NCBI GenBank assembly: GCA_046498265.1
Contig: JAWOBB010000041.1
Span: 18,362 to 82,361 of the forward strand
Direction: 5' to 3'
Source of the DNA: Dehalococcoidia bacterium
GTDB taxonomy: Bacteria > Chloroflexota > Dehalococcoidia > SZUA-161 > SpSt-899
DNA length: 64,000 bases
The position numbers and the translations under genes are program-made. The notes beneath the pieces are model-generated. The model worked only from the letters and a program-made list of their open reading frames with translations. It searched no databases and had not been told where the DNA came from. How positions within the stretch are numbered: position 1 is the first letter of the stretch; the number at the start of each line of letters is the position of its first letter. Of this stretch, positions 20,482 to 30,742 are shown piece after piece.

Positions 20482-20605
20482 GATATTCAGGCTCTCTTCT
20501 CTTTTGGTTGCCCTGTCGAATTGGTCCACCAGAGTCGAATGGAGATCTGCCTGTTTATGAGAAGGTTGCAGAATCCCCACTTGATTCCACCTTTGACAAA
20601 GGGGG

Positions 20606-21877
20606 TCACTCATATCTCAAAGCATCTATCGGGTTGAGGCGGGAGGCCCGGATGGCCGGATAGGTTCCGGCCACGATTCCGATGCCCACCGCCACGCCAA
20701 AGGAAAGAAAGATGTACTCGGCCTGAATGACGGGATCGATCGTCGACTGCGACATCATCGTTATCTGAGTTACCTCAAAACCCGTGAAAACGAACTCGGA
20801 AAGCAGAAAGCCCACCCCGATACCGATGATCCCGCCGATGATGCTGATGGTAGTGGCCTCAAGCAGAAACTGAATCAGAATATGGTGCCGCTTGGCGCCG
20901 ACCGCTTTGCGGATACCGATCTCCCGGGTACGCTCGGTCACCGAGACCAGCATGATGTTCATGATGCCGATGCCGGCAATGGCCAGCGCGAAGGCAGCCA
21001 CGTATGTCAGCAGGGTCTTCAAGGTGTCGCTGGTGTTCGTCTGGCTGTCAAGCAGCTCCTGCTGGTTGTAAATGGTGAAATCGGCGGATTCGCTCGCCCC
21101 CAGTTCGTGGCGTTCCTTCAGGAAAGCGGTAATCTGCTCGATAGCATCGTCGATTTTACTTTCGCTCACCACCTGAACGCCGATGCCGGTGACCAGGTCA
21201 TCACCTGAAGCAGAACGATTCGGCTGGAGGCGAAACATGGTCGTGATGGGAATGAACATCAGATTGTCGGAGGTGGAGAAAAATGACTCGCCGTCGCTGT
21301 GGAGCGCACCTATAACGGTGAACGAACGGCCCCAGGCCCGCAGCCTTTCCCCGACGGGGTTGCTGTCGCCGAAAAGGTCTTTGCTCACATTACTGCCCAG
21401 TACGCATACCAGGCTCTTGTTCTCCATATCGTACCGGCCGAAAAATTCACCAAAGGCAAGCGATTTATTCTGCCGGGCCTCAAGGAAAGTGTCAGTTGTC
21501 CCCTGAACCTGCACGTTTGCGTTCTCATTGGCTGCGATCAACTGGGTACGGGCGGCAGCATCAGGAACTACGTATTCCAGGATATCCAGTTCGGTCGACT
21601 CGGCCAGGGACAGCGCATCCTCATAGGTGAGCGTTCTGGCGCTCCCCTCAGCCCCGGTTATCAATCCCATATAGCCGGCTCCAGGCACAATGTAAAGCAA
21701 ATTAGAACCCATCTTGGTGAAATCCTCGGTCACCGACCTCTCCGATCCCTCGCCGACGGCCATCATTGAGATGATGGACCCGATCCCGATGGCCACGCCG
21801 AGGATGGTCAGAAAGGAGCGCAGCTTGTGCGCCATGATCCCGTGAAAGGCAACTATAAAAGAAGCCAGATATTTCAT
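20606..21877 (-). CDS. ABC transporter permease, MacB/FtsX family
   Basis: 423 aa; N-terminal TM helix, large periplasmic domain and C-terminal FtsX-like 3-TM bundle. Overlaps the ATPase gene by 4 nt. Confidence 0.85.
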   Translation of the reverse strand: MKYLASFIVAFHGIMAHKLRSFLTILGVAIGIGSIISMMAVGEGSERSVTEDFTKMGSNLLYIVPGAGYMGLITGAEGSARTLTYEDALSLAESTELDILEYVVPDAAARTQLIAANENANVQVQGTTDTFLEARQNKSLAFGEFFGRYDMENKSLVCVLGSNVSKDLFGDSNPVGERLRAWGRSFTVIGALHSDGESFFSTSDNLMFIPITTMFRLQPNRSASGDDLVTGIGVQVVSESKIDDAIEQITAFLKERHELGASESADFTIYNQQELLDSQTNTSDTLKTLLTYVAAFALAIAGIGIMNIMLVSVTERTREIGIRKAVGAKRHHILIQFLLEATTISIIGGIIGIGVGFLLSEFVFTGFEVTQITMMSQSTIDPVIQAEYIFLSFGVAVGIGIVAGTYPAIRASRLNPIDALRYE

Positions 21878-22551
21878 GTACCCAGCATCTCCTCGTCGCT
21901 GACCATGCCGTCGCGCAGATTGATGATGCGCCGGGCATATTCGGCTATCTCCCGCTCGTGAGTGACCATCACCACCGTAATGCCGTCGTTGCGATTCAGT
22001 TCGGCAAACATCTCCATGATTTCACGGCCGGTGCGGGTATCCAGATTCCCGGTCGGTTCGTCCGCCAGGATGATGGCAGGACCGGTGACAAGCGCCCGGG
22101 CAATGCATACCCGCTGCTGCTGGCCGCCGGAGAGCTCGTTCGGTTTGTGCCCGGCCCGGTCGGAAAGGCCGACCCGCTCCAGCGCCGCCATTGCCCGCTT
22201 CTTCCGGTCGCCTGCCCCATTGTAGATGAGCGGCAATTCCACATTGGCAAGCGCTGTGGTGCGGGCCAGCAGGTTGTAATTCTGAAATACGAACCCGAGC
22301 TTCCTGTTCCTTATCTCGGCAAGCTGGTTATCGCTCAATTTGCCGATATTGGCCCCGTCCAGCTCATAGGTTCCGGAGGACTGCTGATCCAGGCAGCCGA
22401 CGATGTTCATCAGGGTCGACTTCCCCGACCCGGAAGGCCCCATTATGGCCACCATCTCCCCCGGTCCAACCTCAACATCGACCCCCCGAAGTGCCTTCAC
22501 TTCGATCCTGCCGACTTTATAGGTCTTGGTAATACCCCGCATCCTGATCAT
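21874..22551 (-). CDS. ABC transporter ATP-binding protein (MacB/LolD-type)
   Basis: Walker A GPSGSGKST, signature LSGGQQQRVCIARAL, Walker B ILADEPTGNLD, and the YKVG...AL motif typical of the MacB-type NBD. Confidence 0.9.
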   Translation of the reverse strand: MIRMRGITKTYKVGRIEVKALRGVDVEVGPGEMVAIMGPSGSGKSTLMNIVGCLDQQSSGTYELDGANIGKLSDNQLAEIRNRKLGFVFQNYNLLARTTALANVELPLIYNGAGDRKKRAMAALERVGLSDRAGHKPNELSGGQQQRVCIARALVTGPAIILADEPTGNLDTRTGREIMEMFAELNRNDGITVVMVTHEREIAEYARRIINLRDGMVSDEEMLGT

Positions 22552-22561
22552 TTCGATCTCT

Positions 22562-24781
22562 CTACTTACCCATCATGCCGCCTATATCTTCCAATCTAAA
22601 GCTGGCGGGATCTATCCCCATATCCTCTGCCATCTCGATCAGGGCATCAATGCACCCCCGGTTTTCGATAAGCTTGTTAAGGCATTCCCGAACGTCGTCG
22701 GGGACCTCCCCGGTATCGTCATCGGCCCACTGCTCGATCTCCTCCCAGGGGATTTCGCCGCTATACTCACTCGTATCTATGCCAAACTCCTCCGCCATCC
22801 CCATCAGCTTCTCGAAACAGGGCATTAGATCCTGTAACTTGCTCATGCATTCCATTATGTCAACATCTCCACTGCCAGCAGAACCCTCCGGATTCTCCGT
22901 TACCTCGATATCCACACTGGAGACAACCTGTTCCCCCTCTTCCAGTCCTGATGTTATCTCCGTCAGCCTTCCATCGCTGAGACCGGTCTCCACCGGGCGG
23001 ACTTTCTCCTCACCGCTATTGGTAATCACCCTCACCGTCCTGTTGCCGGTGGCTCGATCCGTGTGAATTGCCGCCTTCGGCACCAGGAGAACATCCCTGG
23101 CCAGCACCGCTTCGATATCAGCGGTCACGGTCATCAGGTCCTTAAGCGGATATCCCTTCAAATCCTCGAGGGCGATCTCGACATCATAGGTAATCAGCCC
23201 GGACTGGCTTCTGCCCATAGGAGAAATGGCCGTAACCTCGCCCGTCAAGGAAGCATCGGGGAAGGCATCGACCTGAATCCGGGCCAGCTGCCCCACTTGC
23301 AATTTAGCCACATCGATCTCATCCACAACGGCGGCTATTTCCACTTTACCGGTATCTATAATCTGCATGACAATGGTATTGGCCATAATTCGATCGCCGA
23401 TATCGATATTCACCCCGGCAACAGTACCATCGAACGGGGCAACGATAACGCCATCATCGAGCTGCCCCTGAGCTTCCTCGAGGGCGATTTCAGCCTTATC
23501 TACCGCCAGTTGAAGCAACTCCTCATTCAAGCCACCTTTAGCATGGATCAGGTTACCTTGCGAAGAGGCCAGATTCGCTCTGGCATTGGCCACGTCCGCT
23601 TCTTTTTGCTCAATCTGCGCCGGGACGCTTTCGAGCTTCCTTTCGGCAACGCTCAAGTTGACTTCGGCACTACCAGTGGAAGCATCAACGTTCTCTTGAG
23701 CAAGTTGCAAAGTCACAGCAGACGTCTTAACCCCTCTCAGCAACTCCTCTTCCTGGACAGACAGACTGTACTCGCTGATCAGGTTATCGATATGGCATGA
23801 AACCAGTTCCACCCAGGCATCCCTGGCATTTTTCAGATGGTTTTTCGCACCGGCAATAGAATCAATGTCCTCCTGATCCGGAATCAAAACTTCTTCTCCG
23901 CCCTCATACCCATACCTGACACGAACCAGATCATTGATGGCCTCCGCCAGACTCGCCCTCGCTCTGGTAACAGCAAATCGCATCTGAGGGATATCGGGGT
24001 AAACGCCGGAGAGAATATCATACGCTGCTCTTACTTCAGCCCAGGCTTCATCTATTGAGTCGCCCGGCCCAGGAAGAGCGCTTTCCAGGTTATTTTCAGC
24101 TTCAATAATGTCCTCCCATAATTGCTCTTCATCCCCCAGCAACTCCAGTTCATCTGCGGGCAAATCACTTGTATTGGTAAGGAGATATTCATCCCAGCCT
24201 TCCCAGGCACTGTCAAGCCGACTTTCTGCCTCATCAATTATAAGCTCCCCCGAGTCACGGGTAGCTTCAAGTTCACTGGCAGCACTCTCCACCTCGGTCT
24301 CAGCATCGGAGATACCGAACTGCCTGGACTGATCGAGTGCAATCTCGGCAGCACTCAGCGAAGCCTCAGCACTGCTCACTGCCGCTTCCGCCTCCAGAAT
24401 GCTGGCATCCTGATGGAACTGTGCCAGGTTTATTTCCGCCGTGCGCAGGTCAGCCTGGACTCCGGCGAGAACCCTTCGAAGCGAATCGGCCTTAAGCCCG
24501 GCCACTACCTCGCCCTCTTTCACCTCGTCGCCGAGCTCCACATTCAGTTCCTCAACGGTTCCATTCACCCCGAAAGATAAACCGGCCCGATGCGGCATGG
24601 AGATATTCCCCGGGATACTGACCCTGCTGATGAGATCCCCTCTTTTGGCTTCAACGGTCGGGGGTCGGCTTGATCCGGGGGAAGATGCATCGGCCCCGTC
24701 ATCACCATTGCAGGCAGTTAAGCCGGCCAGCGCCATGACCAGGATGATGAGAAAAGTAATTGCTTCTTTCCGGTAATTCAT
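22562..24781 (-). CDS. Efflux periplasmic adaptor (HlyD/MacA membrane-fusion family), lipoprotein, unusually long with a C-terminal duplicated Cys-pair module
   Basis: Start set at MNYRKEAITFLIILVMALAGLTAC (lipobox LTAC) preceded by GGGAGG. Long coiled-coil hairpin, beta-barrel/MP domains, then about 110 extra residues containing two tandem ~25-aa repeats: ECMSKLQDLMPCFEKLMGMAEEFGID and ECLNKLIENRGCIDALIEMAEDMGID. Confidence 0.8.
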   Translation of the reverse strand: MNYRKEAITFLIILVMALAGLTACNGDDGADASSPGSSRPPTVEAKRGDLISRVSIPGNISMPHRAGLSFGVNGTVEELNVELGDEVKEGEVVAGLKADSLRRVLAGVQADLRTAEINLAQFHQDASILEAEAAVSSAEASLSAAEIALDQSRQFGISDAETEVESAASELEATRDSGELIIDEAESRLDSAWEGWDEYLLTNTSDLPADELELLGDEEQLWEDIIEAENNLESALPGPGDSIDEAWAEVRAAYDILSGVYPDIPQMRFAVTRARASLAEAINDLVRVRYGYEGGEEVLIPDQEDIDSIAGAKNHLKNARDAWVELVSCHIDNLISEYSLSVQEEELLRGVKTSAVTLQLAQENVDASTGSAEVNLSVAERKLESVPAQIEQKEADVANARANLASSQGNLIHAKGGLNEELLQLAVDKAEIALEEAQGQLDDGVIVAPFDGTVAGVNIDIGDRIMANTIVMQIIDTGKVEIAAVVDEIDVAKLQVGQLARIQVDAFPDASLTGEVTAISPMGRSQSGLITYDVEIALEDLKGYPLKDLMTVTADIEAVLARDVLLVPKAAIHTDRATGNRTVRVITNSGEEKVRPVETGLSDGRLTEITSGLEEGEQVVSSVDIEVTENPEGSAGSGDVDIMECMSKLQDLMPCFEKLMGMAEEFGIDTSEYSGEIPWEEIEQWADDDTGEVPDDVRECLNKLIENRGCIDALIEMAEDMGIDPASFRLEDIGGMMGK

Positions 24782-24982
24782 CGGTTTACCTCCCTGGCTT
24801 CCGCAAGATGCCTGATTCCCCATGGAGATCGCCACGGCGTCATCAGGACGCCTCGTGATGACAGCTTTTTATGCCATTCCCGCCCCATATTAACAATCAT
24901 ACATCTTTATCTAACCATAGCAGGACAAATCTGTCATGAAAAGGAGAAAACGGACGGGGAAAAACCGGGTTCCATCAGGAAG

Positions 24983-25357
24983 CTATTCAATTTGTGAAGT
25001 CGAGCCGCGCCGGGATTTTATAAATCTCCTGGCCAGGTAAAACGCTGCGGCTATCAGGGTAATAACGATTATATCAAGAACCGCATTGGTGCCGGTGACC
25101 TGGACATCGAGCGCCAGGTTGAGGGCAAACATACTCAATGTTACCAGCGCAATGGACAGGCCGACCGAGATAACTGCTCTCTCCAGGAAATTCACTTGTT
25201 TCGAGGAAAAGAACACGAAGGACCAGGCCAGGCCGGGAACAAAGAAAATCAAAACGACTGCCAGGATCGCCCTGATAACCGGTACATGGTCAAGGCATGA
25301 AGACACAGAGCTACTGATATCACCAAGGCAACAGAGAGGAGTGGCAAGGTATTCCAT
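24983..25357 (-). CDS. Small integral membrane protein (hypothetical)
   Basis: 124 aa, 3-4 predicted TM helices, basic C-terminus; co-directional with the efflux operon. Confidence 0.4.
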   Translation of the reverse strand: MEYLATPLCCLGDISSSVSSCLDHVPVIRAILAVVLIFFVPGLAWSFVFFSSKQVNFLERAVISVGLSIALVTLSMFALNLALDVQVTGTNAVLDIIVITLIAAAFYLARRFIKSRRGSTSQIE

Positions 25358-25405
25358 TCTGCATCCTCTTAAACTCAGCCCGCCGATGAGTAACGCCGGG
25401 CCGGA

Positions 25406-25720
25406 TTAACCCTCCATTTCTTCATCTTCCCCAAGATACTCCTCGTCACTGAAGGTGCCTGCCTCACGTCCCTGATAAACGGTTACCACAAAATCCTCCC
25501 GGGGAACATCGGAGGAAAGCACCAGTTCCTCGTCTATCAGGTTTATCAATTCCCGGACCTCTTCGGCGGTCAGGTTTTCCCCCACGCAAAGGGTGGCATT
25601 GACGATGCTTGAGGTGAAATGCAGGTCTAATCGCCCCACTATTTGCTCTTCGCCGACGGTGATCACATATGCCTCCGAATAGGGAGTGCGGCATTCCCTC
25701 TCAAATCTATATTCAGCCAT
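25406..25720 (-). CDS. Small acidic hypothetical protein
   Basis: Start at MAEYRFE, preceded by GAGGGGG. Very acidic tail (DEEYLGEDEEMEG). Sits between proA and the membrane protein. Confidence 0.4.
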   Translation of the reverse strand: MAEYRFERECRTPYSEAYVITVGEEQIVGRLDLHFTSSIVNATLCVGENLTAEEVRELINLIDEELVLSSDVPREDFVVTVYQGREAGTFSDEEYLGEDEEMEG

Positions 25721-25753
25721 GGTTTTCCCCCTCTCGAATTTCATCTCTTATAT

Positions 25754-27049
25754 CTACTCAAAATCCTTCTGAAGGTGCCGGTGAGTGAAGGTTTTACCGC
25801 CCTCGCCCGAGTATTCGGCTACCGTCTGCCCGCTGCCCACAAGCCGCCACTTGTAAATAACCATTCCCTCCAGTCCCACGGGCCCGCGAGCATGAATTTT
25901 GTTGGTACTGATGCCGACCTCCGCTCCCAGCCCGTACCGGAACCCGTCGCTGAACCGGCTGCTGCAGTTCATAAACACGCCCGCCGAATCCACATAATCC
26001 ATAAATCTTATTCCCCGGGCCTTCTCGGAGGTGACGATCACATCAGTGTGGCCTGAGCCGTAGCGATTGATATGCTCTATGGCTTCATCGAGGCTGTCCA
26101 CTATCTTGATGGAGAGAATCAGGTCGAGATATTCGGTGGACCAGTCCTCTTCCGTCGCCGCTTGGACATCGATAACCTGCGCTGTGCGCTCACAGCCCCG
26201 CAGTTCGACGCCCTTCTCCTCGAGGGCCTCTTTGACCTGCGGCAGGAATACTGCGGCGATATCCTGATGCACCAGCAGCGTCTCCACGGCATTGCAGACC
26301 GCCACGTACTGGGTTTTGCTGTCGACGGTCACCCTGACGGCCATCTCGATTTCCGCCTCCCTGTCCACATAAACATGGCATATCCCGTCGGCGTGCCCCA
26401 GAACGGGGATATTGGTATTCTGCATGATATGCCGGACGAACTCGTTGCTGCCCCTGGGGATAACCAAATCAATATACTCGTCCAGCCCCAGCATCTCGGC
26501 AACATCGGAGCGCGCCTCCAGGAGTGCCAGCCACCCCGCCGGCATGCCGGCCTCGACACTGGCCTGATTGATGATGTCCGTCAGGATGCGGTTGGTACTG
26601 GCTGCCTCGCTGCCGCCCTTCATAAGCACCGCATTGCCGCTCTTCAGACACAGAGAAGATATTTGAACCAGGGCATCGGGCCTCGATTCGAAAACGATGC
26701 CTACAACCCCGATAGGACAGCTCACCTGATAAAGCTCCAGCCCTTCGTCCAGTTCCATGGCGCTCAGGGTTATGCCCACCGGATCGGGCAGGCCGATCAG
26801 GCTTTTCAGCCCCTCGCAGACCTCATTGATTTTGTCCTCTTCGAACTTCAGCCTCTTCAGTAAAGGGGCAGCCAGATTCTCGCTTTCGGCTTTCTCCATA
26901 TCGGCCCGATTGGCAGCGATGATATCTGCTCTACGCCTCTCCAGTTCCTCGGCTACCCTTTCGAGAGCTTTGTTCTTGATATCTATCGAGACGACCGCCA
27001 TGGGGATCGAGGCTTGCCTTGCCAGTCGTGCCCTCTGTTTCGTATCCAT
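25754..27049 (-). CDS. proA: Gamma-glutamyl phosphate reductase
   Basis: 431 aa aldehyde-dehydrogenase-fold ProA; region VCNAVETLLVH consistent with the catalytic Cys. Confidence 0.9.
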   Translation of the reverse strand: MDTKQRARLARQASIPMAVVSIDIKNKALERVAEELERRRADIIAANRADMEKAESENLAAPLLKRLKFEEDKINEVCEGLKSLIGLPDPVGITLSAMELDEGLELYQVSCPIGVVGIVFESRPDALVQISSLCLKSGNAVLMKGGSEAASTNRILTDIINQASVEAGMPAGWLALLEARSDVAEMLGLDEYIDLVIPRGSNEFVRHIMQNTNIPVLGHADGICHVYVDREAEIEMAVRVTVDSKTQYVAVCNAVETLLVHQDIAAVFLPQVKEALEEKGVELRGCERTAQVIDVQAATEEDWSTEYLDLILSIKIVDSLDEAIEHINRYGSGHTDVIVTSEKARGIRFMDYVDSAGVFMNCSSRFSDGFRYGLGAEVGISTNKIHARGPVGLEGMVIYKWRLVGSGQTVAEYSGEGGKTFTHRHLQKDFE

Positions 27050-27086
27050 ATCGCACCCTCACGTATCTCAAATATTTCAAGTCAAA

Positions 27087-28223
27087 TCAGGAAATAACCA
27101 GGTTATCCCGATGCACCACTTCCTCGCCGTATCCATAACCCAGTACCGATTCAATTTTATCAGACCGTACTCCCATGATTTTCTTAATATCGGACGAACT
27201 GTAATCGGCGATGCCCACCGCAATCCTGTCGCCCTCAGCATCCGTGATCTCCACCATATCGCCCCTTGCGAACCTGCCTTTGACGTCCACAACCCCGGCC
27301 GGCAAAAGGCTCGTGTTCTGCCCGCGCAAAGCATCCACCGCTCCGGCATCGACGACAATGTGCCCATTCGCCGGCTGGCTGAGCATCCAGCGCTGGCGGC
27401 TCTCCAGATTGGAAGTGACGGCCGGGAAAAAGGTGCCCAGCGCCTCTCCGGAGACAAGCCTCATTATGACATCTGGCTCGGAACCTGAGGCGATCACCAC
27501 CGAGGTTCCTGAGGTCATGGCCATCCTGGCAGCCTCGATCTTAGTGGCCATCCCGCCGGTGCCTCCCGCCACAGCAGTTCCCCGGGCAAAGCGCTCTATC
27601 GATTTATCAATCTTCTCCACCCTGGGAATGAGTTCAGCTTTGGGATTTCGGGCCGGATCGGCGGTGTAGAGACCGGCCACGTCGCTGAGGATGATGAGTA
27701 AATCGGCATCGACCAGATTGGAAACCAGGGCAGATAGATTATCGTTGTCGCCGAAGGTCAACCCCTCAAGCTCCTCGACGAAGACCACGTCGTTCTCGTT
27801 GACGATGGGCACCACCCCCATCCCCAGCAGCGCCAGCAGGGTATTGCGCGCGTTGAGATAGCCGAGCCGATTGAGGATATCCGGCTTGGTGAGCAGAGTC
27901 TGGGCAACGGTGATGCCGTGCGCCTCAAACAACTCATCGTAGGTGTGCATCAGCCGCCCCTGGCCGACCGCTGCCATCATCTGCCGATAAGGGGTGTCCC
28001 GGCGCTTTTTCCGGCTGCCCAGACGTTCCTTGCCGGCCGCCACCGCGCCCGAAGAGACGACTATCGGCTGCAATCCCCGCTGGTGGAGTTGAGCTACCTG
28101 ATCCACCAGTCCACTCACCCTTTTACGTGAAAGCCTGGGTTTACTCCCCGTGATGAGATTGGTTCCCAGCTTAATCACCACACGATGATAAGCGGGGGAG
28201 CCTGATTTACCTTTCTTCACCAT
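27087..28223 (-). CDS. proB: Glutamate 5-kinase with C-terminal PUA domain
   Basis: 378 aa; amino-acid kinase fold (VVIKLGTNLIT...) plus a PUA domain. Confidence 0.9.
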   Translation of the reverse strand: MVKKGKSGSPAYHRVVIKLGTNLITGSKPRLSRKRVSGLVDQVAQLHQRGLQPIVVSSGAVAAGKERLGSRKKRRDTPYRQMMAAVGQGRLMHTYDELFEAHGITVAQTLLTKPDILNRLGYLNARNTLLALLGMGVVPIVNENDVVFVEELEGLTFGDNDNLSALVSNLVDADLLIILSDVAGLYTADPARNPKAELIPRVEKIDKSIERFARGTAVAGGTGGMATKIEAARMAMTSGTSVVIASGSEPDVIMRLVSGEALGTFFPAVTSNLESRQRWMLSQPANGHIVVDAGAVDALRGQNTSLLPAGVVDVKGRFARGDMVEITDAEGDRIAVGIADYSSSDIKKIMGVRSDKIESVLGYGYGEEVVHRDNLVIS

Positions 28224-28241
28224 AGTTACCCTGTTCCCACT

Positions 28242-28793
28242 TCAAGAACGAAGAATCTCCACTTTATGCCAGGTCAGCATTCCCCCTCCCCTCCTGGTCA
28301 CGCGGAGACTGGTTACGTCAGCCTGACCGGCGTCTGTAGTGATATGTTTCTGTGCCAATAGCCCCAGCGGCTGGGCCAGGATGGCACCGATCATCGAAGC
28401 CGTGGCCATGCGCTGGAACCTGCTCCAGCCGCTATGGCCTCTGCCGGCAATCATGGATGCTGCACCTGCTACCAGACCGGTCACCACCAGGTTAGTGCCG
28501 CACATAGGGGAAATGGCAATTTCTTTCTTGCCTTCCTGAAGCTGGCGCAGCGCCTCCCGGGCCGATTGCTCCAGCGTCTCAGTGGAAATATCGCCAACTA
28601 TATAAAAGCCGGCCAGACTGGTGTAACCGAGCAAGCGAACTTTCCTGCTGAGTTGCTTCAAAAGCACATTTATGGTCGCATGTTCCATGGCGTGATTTTG
28701 CCGCAATACCCGGACCATATCGAGCAAAAGGGCCTGCTTTTTGGGGGAACCATGAAAATGCTCTTTCGGCGGCTTTCTGCTCGGCCATGCCAT
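28242..28793 (-). CDS. Hypothetical protein
   Basis: 183-aa ORF 18 nt upstream of proB on the same strand; no confident family assignment. Confidence 0.45.
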   Translation of the reverse strand: MAWPSRKPPKEHFHGSPKKQALLLDMVRVLRQNHAMEHATINVLLKQLSRKVRLLGYTSLAGFYIVGDISTETLEQSAREALRQLQEGKKEIAISPMCGTNLVVTGLVAGAASMIAGRGHSGWSRFQRMATASMIGAILAQPLGLLAQKHITTDAGQADVTSLRVTRRGGGMLTWHKVEILRS

Positions 28794-29025
28794 AATTCAA
28801 TCTCAATTCAAACTAGGGATAACATATCACAGGGCCAACAAATAGGCAAGGAAGTGAACATCTGAACACCATCCACCTTGCGCTGCCCGAATCTCTAAGG
28901 GCATTCTGAATGACAAAAGGGAAGTCAACATTGCAGTGGAAAAGTTTTTAAGGTAGAATGACTCTGGTGATGGAGGGCTGTCGTTCGATTGTTAATACTT
29001 AAAGCACGATTCAGAGGAGAAACTA

Positions 29026-29445
29026 ATGGATGAAAATAACTCAAAGGGCATCAGCATAAATGAACTGGCTGAATGTTTAGAGGGTGAGATATTGAATTTG
29101 CCTGAAAAGTCAGGGGAGATGGTGGAAAATCTGATGGTCGGGGCAATGTGCGTCGATCCCGCTCCTCTTTACTTCAATGTGAAATCAAATAAGGCGGTCA
29201 TAACCCGAGGTGATCGAGCCGATATCCAGATGGGAGCGTTGAATACTCCCACCAAATGCCTGATTCTCACCGGCGGCACCAGACCGATTCCCAGCGTTAT
29301 GCAAATGGCGGAGGAAAAAGGTGTGCCCATCCTGGTGGTGGGAAAAGATACCCCAACCGTTCTGGATGATTTGGAGCAAAGTATGGGCAAACCTGCTCTG
29401 GAAGCGAAGGCACCGGAAGTTGAACCAAGCGAAGCCGGCGAATAA
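29026..29445 (+). CDS. Stand-alone DRTGG-domain protein
   Basis: 139 aa; pattern CLILTGGTRPIPSVMQMAEEKGVPILVVGKDT matches the DRTGG domain. Confidence 0.55.
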   Translation: MDENNSKGISINELAECLEGEILNLPEKSGEMVENLMVGAMCVDPAPLYFNVKSNKAVITRGDRADIQMGALNTPTKCLILTGGTRPIPSVMQMAEEKGVPILVVGKDTPTVLDDLEQSMGKPALEAKAPEVEPSEAGE

Positions 29446-29510
29446 TCTCAAATAACCCTGAGATTCCCGGCGGCTCGGAGTTTTCCCCGCTTTTAAAATC
29501 GCTTTGCAGA

Positions 29511-29542
29511 GCGGTGAGGAAACAAGAGCTCATCCTCACCGC
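29511..29542. terminator. Bidirectional rho-independent terminator between DRTGG gene (+) and rplL (-)
   Basis: Perfect 10-bp GC-rich stem gcggtgagga / tcctcaccgc with a 12-nt loop, flanked by T/A runs on both strands. Confidence 0.6.
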
Positions 29543-29595
29543 CCCTTAAAACAAATCTCTCTTTATCTCGATAGCGGCTGTAACAGAAACAAAGG

Positions 29596-29976
29596 TTATT
29601 TAACCTCTACAGTACCGCCGGCATCTTCAAGTTTCGTTTTTATCTGGTTTGCTTCATCCTTGGCGATATCTTCTTTTATGGGCTTGGGAACGCCCTCCAC
29701 CAGTTCCTTGGCATCCTTCAGCCCGAGGCCGGTCACTTCGCGCACCGCTTTAATCACGTTGATTTTGCTGTCACCGAAGCTGGAAAGTACGACGGTGAAT
29801 TCCGTCTGCTCCTCTTCCGGAGCCGCCTCTTCCGCACCTGCCGCAGGAGCAGCTGCAGCCACAGCGACGGGGGCAGCTGCACTTACACCGAATTCCTCTT
29901 CCAGTGCCTTTACCAGGTCGGCCAGTTCCATGACCGTCATGCCTTTGATTGCTTCGAGCATTTCTTCTTTTGTCAT
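29596..29976 (-). CDS. rplL: 50S ribosomal protein L7/L12
   Basis: 126 aa; Ala/Glu-rich hinge and conserved C-terminal domain ...[24 protein letters not shown]... Confidence 0.95.
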   Translation of the reverse strand: MTKEEMLEAIKGMTVMELADLVKALEEEFGVSAAAPVAVAAAAPAAGAEEAAPEEEQTEFTVVLSSFGDSKINVIKAVREVTGLGLKDAKELVEGVPKPIKEDIAKDEANQIKTKLEDAGGTVEVK

Positions 29977-29977
29977 T

Positions 29978-30511
29978 TTATACTCCTTCTTCCAGCTGTT
30001 TTACTCTGGCCTGTAATACCGTTACAAGGCCCTGCAGGTTGCCGTTCAAAACATTTATCAACCCGCTTATCGGCGCCTGAAGCGTGCCTGCAAGCTTGGC
30101 AATAAGCTCATCCCTGGGAGGCAGCTTAGCTATAGCCGAAACCTGCTGGGCTGTAAGCAGTTCGTTACCAAGCAGGCCCCCTTTTATCTGCAGGGGAATA
30201 TCCTCTGCGGACTTTTGATACTCCAGCAGAACCTTGAGGGCCTGTACAGGGTCATCATAGCCGAAGGCTATAGCTGTGGGACCTTCAAGGTATTGAGCAA
30301 GATCGGCTTTGCCGACCTTGCCGGCAGCGAATCCAGCCAGGGTATTTTTAACCACATGGTATTCCACACCCTGCTTTCGCAGCTTGCTGCGCAAATCCGT
30401 TATCTGAGCCACGGTAAGGCCCCGGTAATCAGTGGCAACCACGACCTCGGCGCGGTTGAGTTTATCGCTGATCCGGTCAACTATCTCAGGTTTTTTCTCT
30501 TTTCGAACCAT
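29978..30511 (-). CDS. rplJ: 50S ribosomal protein L10
   Basis: 177 aa, L10 family; 1-nt spacing to rplL. Confidence 0.95.
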   Translation of the reverse strand: MVRKEKKPEIVDRISDKLNRAEVVVATDYRGLTVAQITDLRSKLRKQGVEYHVVKNTLAGFAAGKVGKADLAQYLEGPTAIAFGYDDPVQALKVLLEYQKSAEDIPLQIKGGLLGNELLTAQQVSAIAKLPPRDELIAKLAGTLQAPISGLINVLNGNLQGLVTVLQARVKQLEEGV

Positions 30512-30742
30512 TATAACTAACCCTCCTTTCTCAGCCTCAGCCCCATAAAAAAGAGGCCTCTGCTCGGTGCAAGGCCCCCCAAAACGACTGCTGCTACCTG
30601 TTTCTCAAGTAGCTGAAGTGAAAGGTCGGCACCTCGGCAGGTAGTTCTTAAGCTTATTCAAGCGCCTGCTGTCTTCAGTATGACCTGCGTATTATCCCTG
30701 ATCCTTTGTGTTTATGTTTCCCTCCGATAAAAGCTTACGATA
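30512..30742 (-). promoter_or_regulatory. rplJ 5' leader (candidate L10-leader autoregulatory RNA)
   Basis: A 230-nt untranslated gap between rplA and rplJ at the position where bacteria carry the L10(L12)4-binding leader. Structure not verified. Confidence 0.35.
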
